Below are positions 1 to 9,210 of a stretch of DNA of 64,000 bases, piece by piece; the first letter of the stretch is position 1; each line of letters begins with the position of its first letter. The position numbers and the translations under genes were made by a program. Below the pieces are notes generated by a model that saw only the letters and a program-made list of their open reading frames with translations, searched no databases and was not told where the DNA came from. Source of the DNA: a virus. Lineage: Duplodnaviria; Caudoviricetes. Where the stretch lies: positions 1,299-65,298 of IMG/VR virus record IMGVR_UViG_3300046512_000357. One strand, written 5' to 3'.

Positions 1-95
1 ATGTCCTCTGGCGTCAAGAAGGTGCTCGGGGTCGATTCGAGCGCTTCGATCTTCCGCATCAGGTCGGCGATGAACTCGTTTTCGCTCATATTCAT
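1..95 (-). CDS. Partial small protein running off the window, DUF4224/excisionase-like
   Basis: Reads MNMSENEFIADLMRKIEALESTPSTFLTPEDI; ATG overlaps the stop of 92..343; FLTPED start and distal early-operon position fit DUF4224-type proteins next to integrases. Confidence 0.45.
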   Translation of the reverse strand, partial: MNMSENEFIADLMRKIEALESTPSTFLTPED

Positions 96-343
96 GGCGG
101 AGTCCCCATCTTAATTGGCCGGACCGTCTTCAGCTGGACCATGGTTCGTGCGATCTCGTCGGGATCGAGCGCGAGCGGCGACCGGCGCGGCGCTACCGCC
201 GCCTCTAGCCTGTCGACCTTCTCGGCAAGCGCATCGATGGCGCGCAGCACGTCGGCGTTCGTCGGCTCGGCCGACACCACCACGCTGAGGAGGGCGCGGC
301 GCGCCGGGGGTGATGACGCTGGTTTTTGATCTGGGTGTGGCAT
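92..343 (-). CDS. Hypothetical phage protein
   Basis: Coupled to neighbours in the leftward operon. Confidence 0.6.
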   Translation of the reverse strand: MPHPDQKPASSPPARRALLSVVVSAEPTNADVLRAIDALAEKVDRLEAAVAPRRSPLALDPDEIARTMVQLKTVRPIKMGTPP

Positions 344-1692
344 TACTCACCGCCTTTCGCCGCGCGACGGGCACGCTCCACCCACGCGAGGCGGCCAAAC
401 TCGACCTGGTCGACGCTGATCAGACCTTGGCGGCCGGCCACCCATTCCTTGAACCAGGCGCGCTCCTGCTGAGCGGTCGGCGCCGCATCGCGCTCGCTGT
501 CCGGCTGGCTGGCGGCGCGCTGGGCGAGGAAATGCTTGCGGACGATATGCCAGGCTGCAGCATCTTCCGACTCAACCTGCGTTTCGTCCATGCAGCCATC
601 GACCATTTCGATTGACTGGGCCAGTAGCAGCCCGAAGCGGCTGATCAAGTCGCCGCCCGCATCCTGGCTCAGCACATCACCCTGCGCTGTGGATGACCGA
701 TCGGCTTTCAAGCGCTCGATCTCCATGCGCACAAAGCCCAGCACGGTGAACTCGTAGCCGGTCAGGTCGCCATCAGGCATGCACGATTTAAGGCCCAGCA
801 GGTCAACGATGCTGCGCAAGCGCCTGGTGGCGTCGGCGTCCCAGGCTGGCGCTGCATCTGCTGGCGTGCTGGCTACTGGTGCGGGCTGGCGGGTAGCGCG
901 GGCCTTACGCCAGTCATCCACGGCCTTCAGTGCGTTAGCAGCGCGGCGGCACCACTCGACGTACTCGCCAATCGTGTACTGCCTGTTATCGGCTGCTTCC
1001 ATCAGTACCGCGATCAGACTGTCATCAGGCAGCGGTGGCAGTTCATCGCTCAGCGCCGCTTGCGCATTCCCGGTTACGCCGCGAGGTTGTATCTTATCGC
1101 CGCCGACCGAGACGTCCAGACCAGCATCTGCCATGGCCTGCATCGCGCCGCTGGCAAACGGCTGCGCCGCTTCCGCATGCTGCTGTGGGGCGGCTTCTGG
1201 CAGGGGTGAGTGCTTCGGCTTCGCCGCCTGCTTGGCGCGGATCTGTTCGACCTTCGTCCAGATGCGCGCCAACTCGGTTTCGGCGGCTGCGTGCATGTCC
1301 AAGCCGTTCGCCAGGCACAGCGCCGCCAGCGTCACCATCACGCCGCCGACTTCCTGCGCCGGCTCGCCGACCGGCCGGCCGTAGACGTAATCCACGAGCT
1401 GATGCGCTTCGCTGGCAGTGCAGCCTGTTGACTGTACAAGCTCTAGCGCCTCTTCCAGAAAGCGGTGATTGCGCTCCTCCTGGTCGCCGGCGATCGTCTC
1501 CCCGAAGCAGGCCAGCATCCAGGGCTGCACGCGCTGCTGGAAGCAGTTCAGTTGGCGCTCGGCTAGGTCGAGCAGAGTGAGTATTCGTGGAGCCGTGACT
1601 GATTGCCGGAAGTAGTCGCGCGCCACGCCGGAATGCGGCTGATCGGCGGCTACCGCCAGTGCGCGCAGCTTTTTGATATCTTCGATGTTCAT
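343..1692 (-). CDS. Mosaic phage early protein with N-terminal MazG-like/NTP-pyrophosphatase domain
   Basis: EERNHRFLEEALELVQ...PAQEVGGVMVTLAAL all-alpha NTP-PPase pattern, followed by low-complexity modules. Confidence 0.6.
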   Translation of the reverse strand: MNIEDIKKLRALAVAADQPHSGVARDYFRQSVTAPRILTLLDLAERQLNCFQQRVQPWMLACFGETIAGDQEERNHRFLEEALELVQSTGCTASEAHQLVDYVYGRPVGEPAQEVGGVMVTLAALCLANGLDMHAAAETELARIWTKVEQIRAKQAAKPKHSPLPEAAPQQHAEAAQPFASGAMQAMADAGLDVSVGGDKIQPRGVTGNAQAALSDELPPLPDDSLIAVLMEAADNRQYTIGEYVEWCRRAANALKAVDDWRKARATRQPAPVASTPADAAPAWDADATRRLRSIVDLLGLKSCMPDGDLTGYEFTVLGFVRMEIERLKADRSSTAQGDVLSQDAGGDLISRFGLLLAQSIEMVDGCMDETQVESEDAAAWHIVRKHFLAQRAASQPDSERDAAPTAQQERAWFKEWVAGRQGLISVDQVEFGRLAWVERARRAAKGGE

Positions 1693-1922
1693 GTAGCTTC
1701 CTCAATAATCGTTATGTCACATGGCCGCACCGGCTCGGCGCTGCCTTCCAGATAGACCACCATTTCAGCATCGCCCTTGTGGTGACAGAAGCCGGCGATG
1801 AACTTCTTGACGCCGGCGTGCCGGATCGGGCGGCACAGCTGCTTGCAGCGGTGGATCATGCGGTCGTGGCGGTCCGCCGCTTCCTGCGCGCTTTCGGCGG
1901 GCGCCGCGTCGCGCGCGCTCAC
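1689..1922 (-). CDS. Hypothetical phage protein
   Basis: ATGA overlap with the downstream gene. Confidence 0.6.
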   Translation of the reverse strand: MSARDAAPAESAQEAADRHDRMIHRCKQLCRPIRHAGVKKFIAGFCHHKGDAEMVVYLEGSAEPVRPCDITIIEEAT

Positions 1923-2044
1923 CGCGTCACCCAGTAGTACAGGTTCACCACTCCGGCCGCCAGGTAGAGCAGGGCGATCAGTTGGAACGCGCGGCGCCGG
2001 CAGTGCGGGGCGCTGGGCATCGGGGCTTGCAGGTCTTCGCTCAT
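1919..2044 (-). CDS. Small membrane peptide (41 aa)
   Basis: MSEDLQAPMPSAPHCRRRAFQLIALLYLAAGVVNLYYWVTR; AAGGA upstream; stop overlaps the GTG of the next gene. Confidence 0.5.
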   Translation of the reverse strand: MSEDLQAPMPSAPHCRRRAFQLIALLYLAAGVVNLYYWVTR

Positions 2045-2058
2045 GTTATTATTTCCTT

Positions 2059-2703
2059 ATGAAAGCAATAACGGAACTGTTTGAATCCTGGATCACACGT
2101 TTTTGCGCGTTGATTCTGTTGAGCGCTGGCTCGTTTGGCGCGTTCAACTGGATACGCTGGTCGGCGTTGAGTGCGTCCGACTGGGCAACCTGGTTCGGGA
2201 GCGTCGGGACGGTAACAGCGGTGGTTGTGGCCGCGTTTGCGATATACGCGCAAAACCGAAACGCGCGCGAACTCGAGCGATTGCGACGCGATCAAGATGA
2301 GGCCGCAACTTTGCTTGCGCTGTGCTACCTCGGTCGGGAGGTCAGGCAAATGTGCACGCTTTCCGGGTTCCAGATAGATACCCCAGGCAATCCTATTCTT
2401 TACCCGGACATTAGCGCCAACTTCGCGTCGATCGCGGCGATGATCGGCGCGCTGCCCATTGAGCGCGTAGCAGCGCGCAGTATGGTTGGGCTGTCTCTTG
2501 CTCTCCGCAGGATTGCTCTGCATATGAGTGAGATTTACAAAGTAAATCCGCAACAGGGCGACGGATTCTACCTTGCGAATCGCAACCGCCTCGTCGATCT
2601 CGACGTGCGATGCGGAGAAGTGAGTGGCGCTCTTCGAGAAGCGTTGAAGGCCTTCGCTCCCGACCTGTATGCTCAGCATTCGACCGAACTTCTTCGACTG
2701 TAG
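2059..2703 (+). CDS. Antisense moron, membrane protein with 2 N-terminal TM segments
   Basis: MKAITELFESW...WATWFGSVGTVTAVVVAAF; lower GC; extended -10 TGtTATTAT at 2044-2052. Confidence 0.75.
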   Translation: MKAITELFESWITRFCALILLSAGSFGAFNWIRWSALSASDWATWFGSVGTVTAVVVAAFAIYAQNRNARELERLRRDQDEAATLLALCYLGREVRQMCTLSGFQIDTPGNPILYPDISANFASIAAMIGALPIERVAARSMVGLSLALRRIALHMSEIYKVNPQQGDGFYLANRNRLVDLDVRCGEVSGALREALKAFAPDLYAQHSTELLRL

Positions 2704-2720
2704 CTGCTCAGGGCACCGGC

Positions 2721-3644
2721 TCATATAGCCTCCGGAAAGCCGTTGTAGGTGTGCCCATCCAACTCACGGCCGGCCGCCCGCTTGCCGATCTTGGCCATGT
2801 GCTGGCCGTCCTCGAACCGGTGCCATAGCGGCTGGTCAGTAAACGGCGCAGCGCCCTGCAAGGTGAGCGTCTTGCCTAGAATGCTCCGGCCATCTTGGGC
2901 CGGTGCCCATTCTCCCCATTGTTTGAATAGGAACGGCACGCTGGTAGTGGCGCACTGGTCGCGTAATTCGCGCGCCCAGACTGGGTGCATCGGTCGTGCG
3001 CCTGGACCGGACTCGCCGCCGACGATGACCCAATCCATCGCCTCCAACATATTGGTGCAGTCACGGATGTTGTCGGGGTTTGCGAACAGGCCTTGAAAGC
3101 TGACCGGCCCTAGAAGCGGCTCCATGCTTAGGAAGCGGCGCTCGACGGCGACACGCAGCAGCTTGGGAATATCGCGCTCGGCCTCTTCCTGATTCACGAT
3201 GGTCGCGCCCAGCAGCACGTTATCGGGGACGCCGTCGAGGAACATCTCGCCCAGCATGTCGCCAGCATTGCCGATCCGCTTCGTCAGCAGCAGCCAATCG
3301 AGGTTCGGTGTCGCTTGTATCAAATCTGCCAGATCGGCGCGCCACGTTGGGTCGACCGCGTTGTCGAACACGTCGGCCAAGCTGGCGCAGAACACGCGCT
3401 GGCGATGGTCGTGCGCCGCGTAGAACTCAGCGTGCGCTGCGTTCCAAGCCAGCGGCTTGCGCCAGTTTGCTGCGCTGGTGCGGCGGCGCGGCGCTCCCGG
3501 TCCCCAGTTGACGGCCGTGCCGCCGCCGAAGCGCGCATTGCGCGTCTCGGCGTAGCAGTGGTCGCAGCCCAGGCCGACTTTTTGGCAGCCTTCCCACGGA
3601 TTAAAGGTGTGGTCCGCCCATTCGATTGTGGTGTTCTCGCTCAT
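2721..3644 (-). CDS. Phage Gp37/Gp68 (DUF5131) family protein, radical-SAM-like three-Cys motif
   Basis: TTIEWADHTFNPWEGCQKVGLGCDHCYAE, LLLTKR, SMEPLLG, WVIVGGESG, FLFKQWG. Confidence 0.92.
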   Translation of the reverse strand: MSENTTIEWADHTFNPWEGCQKVGLGCDHCYAETRNARFGGGTAVNWGPGAPRRRTSAANWRKPLAWNAAHAEFYAAHDHRQRVFCASLADVFDNAVDPTWRADLADLIQATPNLDWLLLTKRIGNAGDMLGEMFLDGVPDNVLLGATIVNQEEAERDIPKLLRVAVERRFLSMEPLLGPVSFQGLFANPDNIRDCTNMLEAMDWVIVGGESGPGARPMHPVWARELRDQCATTSVPFLFKQWGEWAPAQDGRSILGKTLTLQGAAPFTDQPLWHRFEDGQHMAKIGKRAAGRELDGHTYNGFPEAI

Positions 3645-3668
3645 GCTAATATTGCCTATCTGAAAAGG

Positions 3669-4283
3669 ATGAATATGTTTGAGAAATTGCTAATGGGCTT
3701 GGCTGTAATAGTTGGAATTGCTGCCACGGTAATGATTTCTTTTGTGTGCTACACCCAATGGCCGGATAAGGATTCGAGTCTTCCTGCGTGGATACAGGCC
3801 ATTGGCTCGGTGGCGGCGATTTTTGTAGCTATCGGTGTCATGGATTTTCAACACCGCCAAGCTAAAAGACAGAAGGAAACTGAGCGTGTCGATCTGCAGT
3901 TGAACCTCGGTGCTGCTCTTGAAAATGCGGCAAACAGGCTTGTTGATGTATTGAACGAGGTGTGCGCCATTACGACCGAAGGAAAAATGACGCCGGTCGC
4001 GGTGGTCTATGCACACTCGCAGCTTGCTCATGTGCTTGCGGCTATTGACAGAATCGAGCTTGTTGGGATGCATGGTGAGAACGTTAAACATTGCGGTAAA
4101 TTAAGTACTGCATGCGGAAAAGTTATGTCGTACACATCCATCTATAAGGAAAAGCAGGCGAGTGATGGACCTGCACTATTTCGGCAAGCTACAGATCAGC
4201 TAGAAGAAGTGACTGAGGTGATCGCCAATATCGAAAGGCTTCGAGTCAATCAGCAGAGTCGCCTAACCATGCTCGTTGGGTAG
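3669..4283 (+). CDS. Antisense moron, membrane protein with 2 N-terminal TM segments
   Basis: MNMFEKLLMGLAVIV...AWIQAIGSVAAIFVAI; low GC; extended -10 TGcTAATAT at 3644-3652. Confidence 0.78.
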   Translation: MNMFEKLLMGLAVIVGIAATVMISFVCYTQWPDKDSSLPAWIQAIGSVAAIFVAIGVMDFQHRQAKRQKETERVDLQLNLGAALENAANRLVDVLNEVCAITTEGKMTPVAVVYAHSQLAHVLAAIDRIELVGMHGENVKHCGKLSTACGKVMSYTSIYKEKQASDGPALFRQATDQLEEVTEVIANIERLRVNQQSRLTMLVG

Positions 4284-5882
4284 CCGCTTTTTAGGACTGC
4301 CCTCGCTAATTTCTTGGCGCACCAAGGTGCGCTGCCCTCCGACTAAGGGCCCCACAACTTTTCCTTCCATCGCTTCCAGCAGTTGTGCCGCCCGGTTGTA
4401 GCCGATCCGCAGGTGGCGCTGGATCAGCGATATCGACGCGCGCTGGTTGGTGCGCACCACGGTGACGGCCTGTTCATACAGCGGGTCGCTGGCGCTGCCG
4501 TCGCCGGCGGGCACATCGGCGCTGGCGCCAAGCTCCACGGTCTTGCCGCCGAAGGTGATGGTTGCGGTGGCGCCATCCTTGGCGAGGCTGTTGTTCAGCC
4601 GGCGCGCGGCGGCTAGCGCGCTGCCGTCGTCGCCGACCACGCGCTGCTTGCGCACCGGCTCGTCACCCTGAGCGGCGCGCTGCGTTGGCTCTACAATCTC
4701 CACGGCCGCCACCAACATCATCTGCGCGGAGGTCGAGCCGGTCGGAAAGGAATTCGCTAGCACGAGCGCTGCCTTGATAGCGCCTTCACTACTGACAGCC
4801 ATCTGCTCACTCACGCGGTCGATGTAGGGCTGCACCGTTTGCTCATACAGCTCGGCCAGCACGTCGCGGTGCATGGCACGGACCTTGTACAATTCGGCCG
4901 ACAGGCCCACCGCGCGTTCAAGTTTCTGCTGGCTCACGCCGGCCGGCGCCGCTTTTTGCTCGCCAGGCTCGCTCACCGTCGCCTCTCCGCCCAGCGCCTC
5001 GACCAGATCGCCCATCAGCTTCGCCAGCTCGCCGGACATCAGCGCGAAGTCGCCGTCGAAACGCTCGTCGTCGTTCCGGATCGAGCCGCGCGAATCTTCC
5101 GTCAAAACGTCCAGCATCTTCACCGACTTGATGGCCAGGGTCTCGTCCAGCACGAAGCTGATTTTGCTATCCCACGTCATGGCCAGGCGCGTGCACTGCT
5201 TGCCGGCCTTGATGTGTTCCGCGACCTCGGCGCCGCCCAGCGTGTGGCGTTTGTACTGCACCTGAGCCTTGCTCTCACCGGTGGCGCGTAGCGTGGCGTC
5301 CTGGTCGACCGTGAAACCGGCCGGCGCTTCATCCGTTTGCAGCCATTCTGTCATCACGCCCACCGGCGAGCGCTGCACGCGCAGGCTTTCCAGCGGCATG
5401 CGATCCACCGCCTTCAGCAGCAGCTTGATCACGTTGTCCGCCTTCGACGGGCTAGCCGCGTCGACCACCAGCCAACCGTTTTTCGGATCGATCCAGGCGA
5501 GGGTAGTGCTCGCGATCGAGAACGCGCGCGGCAGCAGTTCGTCCGCGACGCGCTCCTTCAGTTCTTTCATCGCCTTCTTGCCTGGCGCGAAGCCCTGGGC
5601 CTCTTCCATCTCGGCGGCGCGCGCGACGGCCACCTGATTGATCACTGCCGGAGGCAGCAGCTTCTTCTCGCTCTGCAGCTTGATCAGGTACTGGCCGTTC
5701 ACGGCGTGCACCAGCTGGCCGGCGGCGCGCGGCGGCGCCCAGCCTTCGCGCAGCAGCTCGTTGCTGCTGGCCGGCGTGAAGGTGTTCACGGAAAGGGCGC
5801 TGGCCAGCGCTTCGGCGGTCATCGTCCAGTTGCGCGGCAGGCGGTAAATTTGTAAATTTTTAAACATCGTCATTCCTATCAA
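4263..5882 (-). CDS. rdgC: Recombination-associated protein RdgC fused to a C-terminal FtsK gamma (winged-helix) domain
   Basis: MFKNLQIYRL...EKKLLP...KQCTRLAMTW...RFDGDFALM (RdgC); DPLYEQAV...ASISLIQRHLRIGYNRAAQLLEAME (FtsK gamma). Confidence 0.9.
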   Translation of the reverse strand: MIGMTMFKNLQIYRLPRNWTMTAEALASALSVNTFTPASSNELLREGWAPPRAAGQLVHAVNGQYLIKLQSEKKLLPPAVINQVAVARAAEMEEAQGFAPGKKAMKELKERVADELLPRAFSIASTTLAWIDPKNGWLVVDAASPSKADNVIKLLLKAVDRMPLESLRVQRSPVGVMTEWLQTDEAPAGFTVDQDATLRATGESKAQVQYKRHTLGGAEVAEHIKAGKQCTRLAMTWDSKISFVLDETLAIKSVKMLDVLTEDSRGSIRNDDERFDGDFALMSGELAKLMGDLVEALGGEATVSEPGEQKAAPAGVSQQKLERAVGLSAELYKVRAMHRDVLAELYEQTVQPYIDRVSEQMAVSSEGAIKAALVLANSFPTGSTSAQMMLVAAVEIVEPTQRAAQGDEPVRKQRVVGDDGSALAAARRLNNSLAKDGATATITFGGKTVELGASADVPAGDGSASDPLYEQAVTVVRTNQRASISLIQRHLRIGYNRAAQLLEAMEGKVVGPLVGGQRTLVRQEISEGSPKKRLPNEHG

Positions 5883-6343
5883 AAGCCGCGCGGCGGCGCT
5901 TCGTGAAACTCGACGCCCATCTGGCCGCCGAACGCGTGAATCTGCTCCATGTACTGGGCAAAGCCCTTGACCGTCAGGTCGGTCGAACTACCCACCAGAA
6001 TCGGCTGGCCGCCCGGGTCGAAGTCCCACTTGCGGTAGGCCTCGTCCTTGCACAGCTCCGGGTCGAATTCGTCCGGCAGGAACTGCTGCTTGAAGTACTC
6101 GTGCCAGATTTCGGCGCTGTACTGGCGCCCGTCGCTCCAGCACTGCTCGGCGATGTCTTTAAGCGGCCCGGCCCACATGCGCGCGTTCTGGTCGAGCTTC
6201 CGGGTCTTCACTTCCTCGCGCACCAGCAGTTCCAGCGGGCGCTCGGCATCCAGCGGCACGTTGCGGAGCAGGGCGATTGCGCGGTCGACCTGCTCCTGGC
6301 CGCGCAGCAGCAACTTGCGCTGCTCGAATTTCTGGCGGGTCAA
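5879..6343 (-). CDS. ninB: NinB (Orf) family recombination protein
   Basis: RKLDQNARMW...YSAEIWHEYFK...SSTDLTVKGFAQYMEQIHAFG; TTG start with GGAG RBS. Confidence 0.85.
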   Translation of the reverse strand: MTRQKFEQRKLLLRGQEQVDRAIALLRNVPLDAERPLELLVREEVKTRKLDQNARMWAGPLKDIAEQCWSDGRQYSAEIWHEYFKQQFLPDEFDPELCKDEAYRKWDFDPGGQPILVGSSTDLTVKGFAQYMEQIHAFGGQMGVEFHEAPPRGF

Positions 6344-6371
6344 GGCGGTGCTCCCAGCGTGCGGCGCGCGA

Positions 6372-7070
6372 TCACGCTGGCACCGCCTCGGCCGCTGGTT
6401 GTTTGGCCGCGTCGTACTGCTCGATGCCCCAGGCCAGGGCATACAGGCACCAGACCATTCCGAACGTGTAATCCTTCATCCGGTGTTCCCAAAGGTCTTC
6501 GAAGTGCCAGCTGTCGCGCGAGCCGGTGCTGTCGCTATCGCGATAGCTAAACTCGTGTGCAGCCCACAGCGCACGATCAACGCCGCCATCCTCCAGCGCA
6601 CCGAACACCTCATCGTCGACGGCTTCCCACAGCGCGCGGCGGCCGTCTTTATCCAATAAGCCTTCTGCCTTGGCGCTGCGCATCCAGAGCACACGGTACT
6701 GATTGATCACGCGCCGAAACGCGGCCTCGTCGTATTCCATCGCCTTGCCGCCGTCACGGCCGCCATGCACCGCAATCAGCTTCTCGGTCCAATAGCCGGG
6801 ATTGATGGCCAGGCGACGGCCGCGCTGGCGGTTGTATTCCCGGTCCGTCCGGAAGAAATCAAACATATCCGTCGTGCGCTGAAACACGTAGGTGCCCATG
6901 TCGCCGGTATAGCAGAGGTATCCGGGCCAGGTGATCAGGTCGAAGTACATGTTGCCGGTGTGCTGTTGTTTGAACCGGATGTGACGATTCACGCCGTCAT
7001 CTCGGATCACGACCATCTGGTGGTCGGCCACGTCGCGAAGGAAGCGCTCTTCGGTGCATTCGTGGCTCAT
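6372..7070 (-). CDS. Conserved hypothetical phage protein
   Basis: MSHECTEERFLRDVADHQMVVIRDDG...FDLITWPGYLCYTGDMG; ATGA overlap. Confidence 0.75.
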   Translation of the reverse strand: MSHECTEERFLRDVADHQMVVIRDDGVNRHIRFKQQHTGNMYFDLITWPGYLCYTGDMGTYVFQRTTDMFDFFRTDREYNRQRGRRLAINPGYWTEKLIAVHGGRDGGKAMEYDEAAFRRVINQYRVLWMRSAKAEGLLDKDGRRALWEAVDDEVFGALEDGGVDRALWAAHEFSYRDSDSTGSRDSWHFEDLWEHRMKDYTFGMVWCLYALAWGIEQYDAAKQPAAEAVPA

Positions 7071-7780
7071 GGCGCTACGCCTAGGTCGGCCACGTCGATG
7101 ACGATGCCACGGCAGTAAACAATGCCGTCTTCCATGATGTCGAAAGTGGCGTGCGGCACGTCGGTCTTGTAAGTCCAGCTGTAGCCCGGCTCGGCCGCCC
7201 ACAGCGCCTCCACCGTCTTGGCGTCTGGCTGGCGCGCGAAGAAGTCTTTCAGCTCGTCGTCGTCTTCGATGCTGTCGCGGTCTGGCAGCAGGCCTTTACC
7301 ATCGATCAACGCGGTACCACCGTCGTGGCAACCGAATTCATCGTTGATGGCGCCGCGCAGCTCCATCAAATCGTCGCTGGCGCCGAAGATCACCACCAGG
7401 CCGGCGGCCTTGGCTTGAGCCTTTCCCTCGGCGGTCAGGTCAAATGGGTATTCGCGGCCGTTCAGCAGCGCGGCGAAGTAGTCGCGGTTCTGGTGGTGCG
7501 CCGGTGCGGCGGCCACCGGCGCCGCCGACGGCAGGCCCATGTTCTGGTACGGGTGCTTGTCGCCGTACGGCTTGATGTGCTTGCCGAAGTGCGCGCCGGC
7601 CGACTCGGCGCTGGCGAAGGCGGCGTACTCCTGGGAGGTAAAATTCCGGTAGTGGTACACGTTGCCCGGCTGGCCCTTGCTCAGGAACTGGATCGCCAGC
7701 GTTTCGGTGGCGGGGTCGTGGCCGATGGCGGCCAACTGCGACGACTTGATCGGGGTCAGTGGGATGCTGTTTGCGTTCAT
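7067..7780 (-). CDS. KTSC domain protein fused to a conserved phage domain
   Basis: IKSSQLAAIGHDPATETLAIQF...YHYRN...FASAESAGAHF (KTSC), then VVIFGASDDLMELRG domain. Confidence 0.8.
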   Translation of the reverse strand: MNANSIPLTPIKSSQLAAIGHDPATETLAIQFLSKGQPGNVYHYRNFTSQEYAAFASAESAGAHFGKHIKPYGDKHPYQNMGLPSAAPVAAAPAHHQNRDYFAALLNGREYPFDLTAEGKAQAKAAGLVVIFGASDDLMELRGAINDEFGCHDGGTALIDGKGLLPDRDSIEDDDELKDFFARQPDAKTVEALWAAEPGYSWTYKTDVPHATFDIMEDGIVYCRGIVIDVADLGVAP

Positions 7781-7803
7781 GGTTTTCTCCTATGGTTGGG
7801 TGA

Positions 7804-9210
7804 TTACGCGGCGAATTTCGCCTGGGCGGTGCTGAGGTGACGCTGGATAGCTGCGCAGATGCGCGGGAAGTCACCCTCGTGATACAACTTGGCCGCCTTC
7901 TCGGTCGCCGCCGGCGTGAAGCCGAGCGACAGCAGGCCGTCGGCGCTGATTGCCAGCGGTGCGATGCGCTCGTTGATCTGGCCGAGGCGCAGCGTGGGCG
8001 GCGTGTCGGTCGCGGCGTCCTGCTGGCTGAACAGGTCGGCGGCCGGCGGGAGTTCTCCGCCTTGCGGCTGCGCATCAGCGAGGTCTGCGAGGCGAGCTTG
8101 CTCGGCCAGTGCATTGGCTTGCGCAATGGCGGCGCCGGCAGTAGTGGGGCGCTGCAGCTGGGCGGCGGCTTGCTGCGCGCGCTGCTCGGCGGCGATGCGG
8201 TCGCGCTCGGCCTGGTCGGCGGCGGCCTGGCGCTCGGCAGCGGCTTTCGCCTCGGCGGCGACGCGCTCTGCCTCAGCGGCAGCTTTCGCAGCGGCCAGCT
8301 CAGCCAACTGGCGGTCAATTTCCGCTTGCGCGAGCCGGTTCTTCTCCGCCTGGGCATCCGCCTCGGCCTTGAGCTTCGCAGCGGCCGCCTCGCGTTCGCG
8401 CAGCGCCGCTGCCTCTTGCTCTGCGGCGAGCGCAGCCAGGCGGTCGGCCTCGGCCTTCTGCACGGCGGCAATGCGCTCGGCCTCGATATCAGCCACGCGC
8501 TTACGCTCGGCGGCTGCATCGCGCAGTTGCTGCAGTTCGGCGCGCTCTGCGGCGATGCGAGCAGCTTCAGCTTCGCCAGCCGCCGCCGCTGCCTGCGCAG
8601 AGGTCAATTTCGTCATTGCCTCGGCGTGGGCCGCCTTTGCCGCGTCCAGCAGCGTGCCGAAGTCTTCGCCCGGCTCATCCGCATCCAGCGCCGTCAGCAT
8701 CGCGCCTATTTCCGCAGCGGTTTTGCCCATTGCTTGCAGCGGCAGTTCGCGGATTGCCACGAGGCGCTGGCGTATCTCTTCCTGGCGTGCCAGCTCTGCC
8801 TTTTTCAGGTCTTCCTTGCGCTTTTCCTCGGCCTTGATGGCGTCATGGAACTTTGCCTCGTAGGGGGTGACGATGGCCAGCAAGTCCTTGTATTTCGAGT
8901 CCAGGAGCTTGCCGATCTCCAAAATCGGGGCCTTGCGTTCGGCTCGCGCCTTCTCGCCGGCAATGCGCACTTCGTCGCGGAAGGCCGCACGGTACTTGAC
9001 CGCAGTTTCCATGCCGGCCGTGGTGCTGGCATCCGGAGTGATCGCATCCGCTTCCGCCTTCAGAATCGCGAATTTGTCGTTAAACGGCTTGAATACCTCG
9101 GCGACATATTTGATCGGGTCGAGGGTGATCAACTGGCTGGTGGCCGGAATCGCGGCGGCGTGAACTGCGACGGCGCCGACTGCGTCGTTTTCTGCTGGGT
9201 GGTTGTTCAT
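7804..9210 (-). CDS. Long coiled-coil phage protein
   Basis: Ala/Glu/Arg-rich helical protein next to the exonuclease; C-terminal LRLGQINERI...LGF domain. Confidence 0.75.
   Translation of the reverse strand: MNNHPAENDAVGAVAVHAAAIPATSQLITLDPIKYVAEVFKPFNDKFAILKAEADAITPDASTTAGMETAVKYRAAFRDEVRIAGEKARAERKAPILEIGKLLDSKYKDLLAIVTPYEAKFHDAIKAEEKRKEDLKKAELARQEEIRQRLVAIRELPLQAMGKTAAEIGAMLTALDADEPGEDFGTLLDAAKAAHAEAMTKLTSAQAAAAAGEAEAARIAAERAELQQLRDAAAERKRVADIEAERIAAVQKAEADRLAALAAEQEAAALREREAAAAKLKAEADAQAEKNRLAQAEIDRQLAELAAAKAAAEAERVAAEAKAAAERQAAADQAERDRIAAEQRAQQAAAQLQRPTTAGAAIAQANALAEQARLADLADAQPQGGELPPAADLFSQQDAATDTPPTLRLGQINERIAPLAISADGLLSLGFTPAATEKAAKLYHEGDFPRICAAIQRHLSTAQAKFAA

Noticed and set aside
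3690-4091. Possible bridge ORF across the second moron
   Set aside because: Bounded by stops and not coupled to either flanking gene; counted as a counter-example
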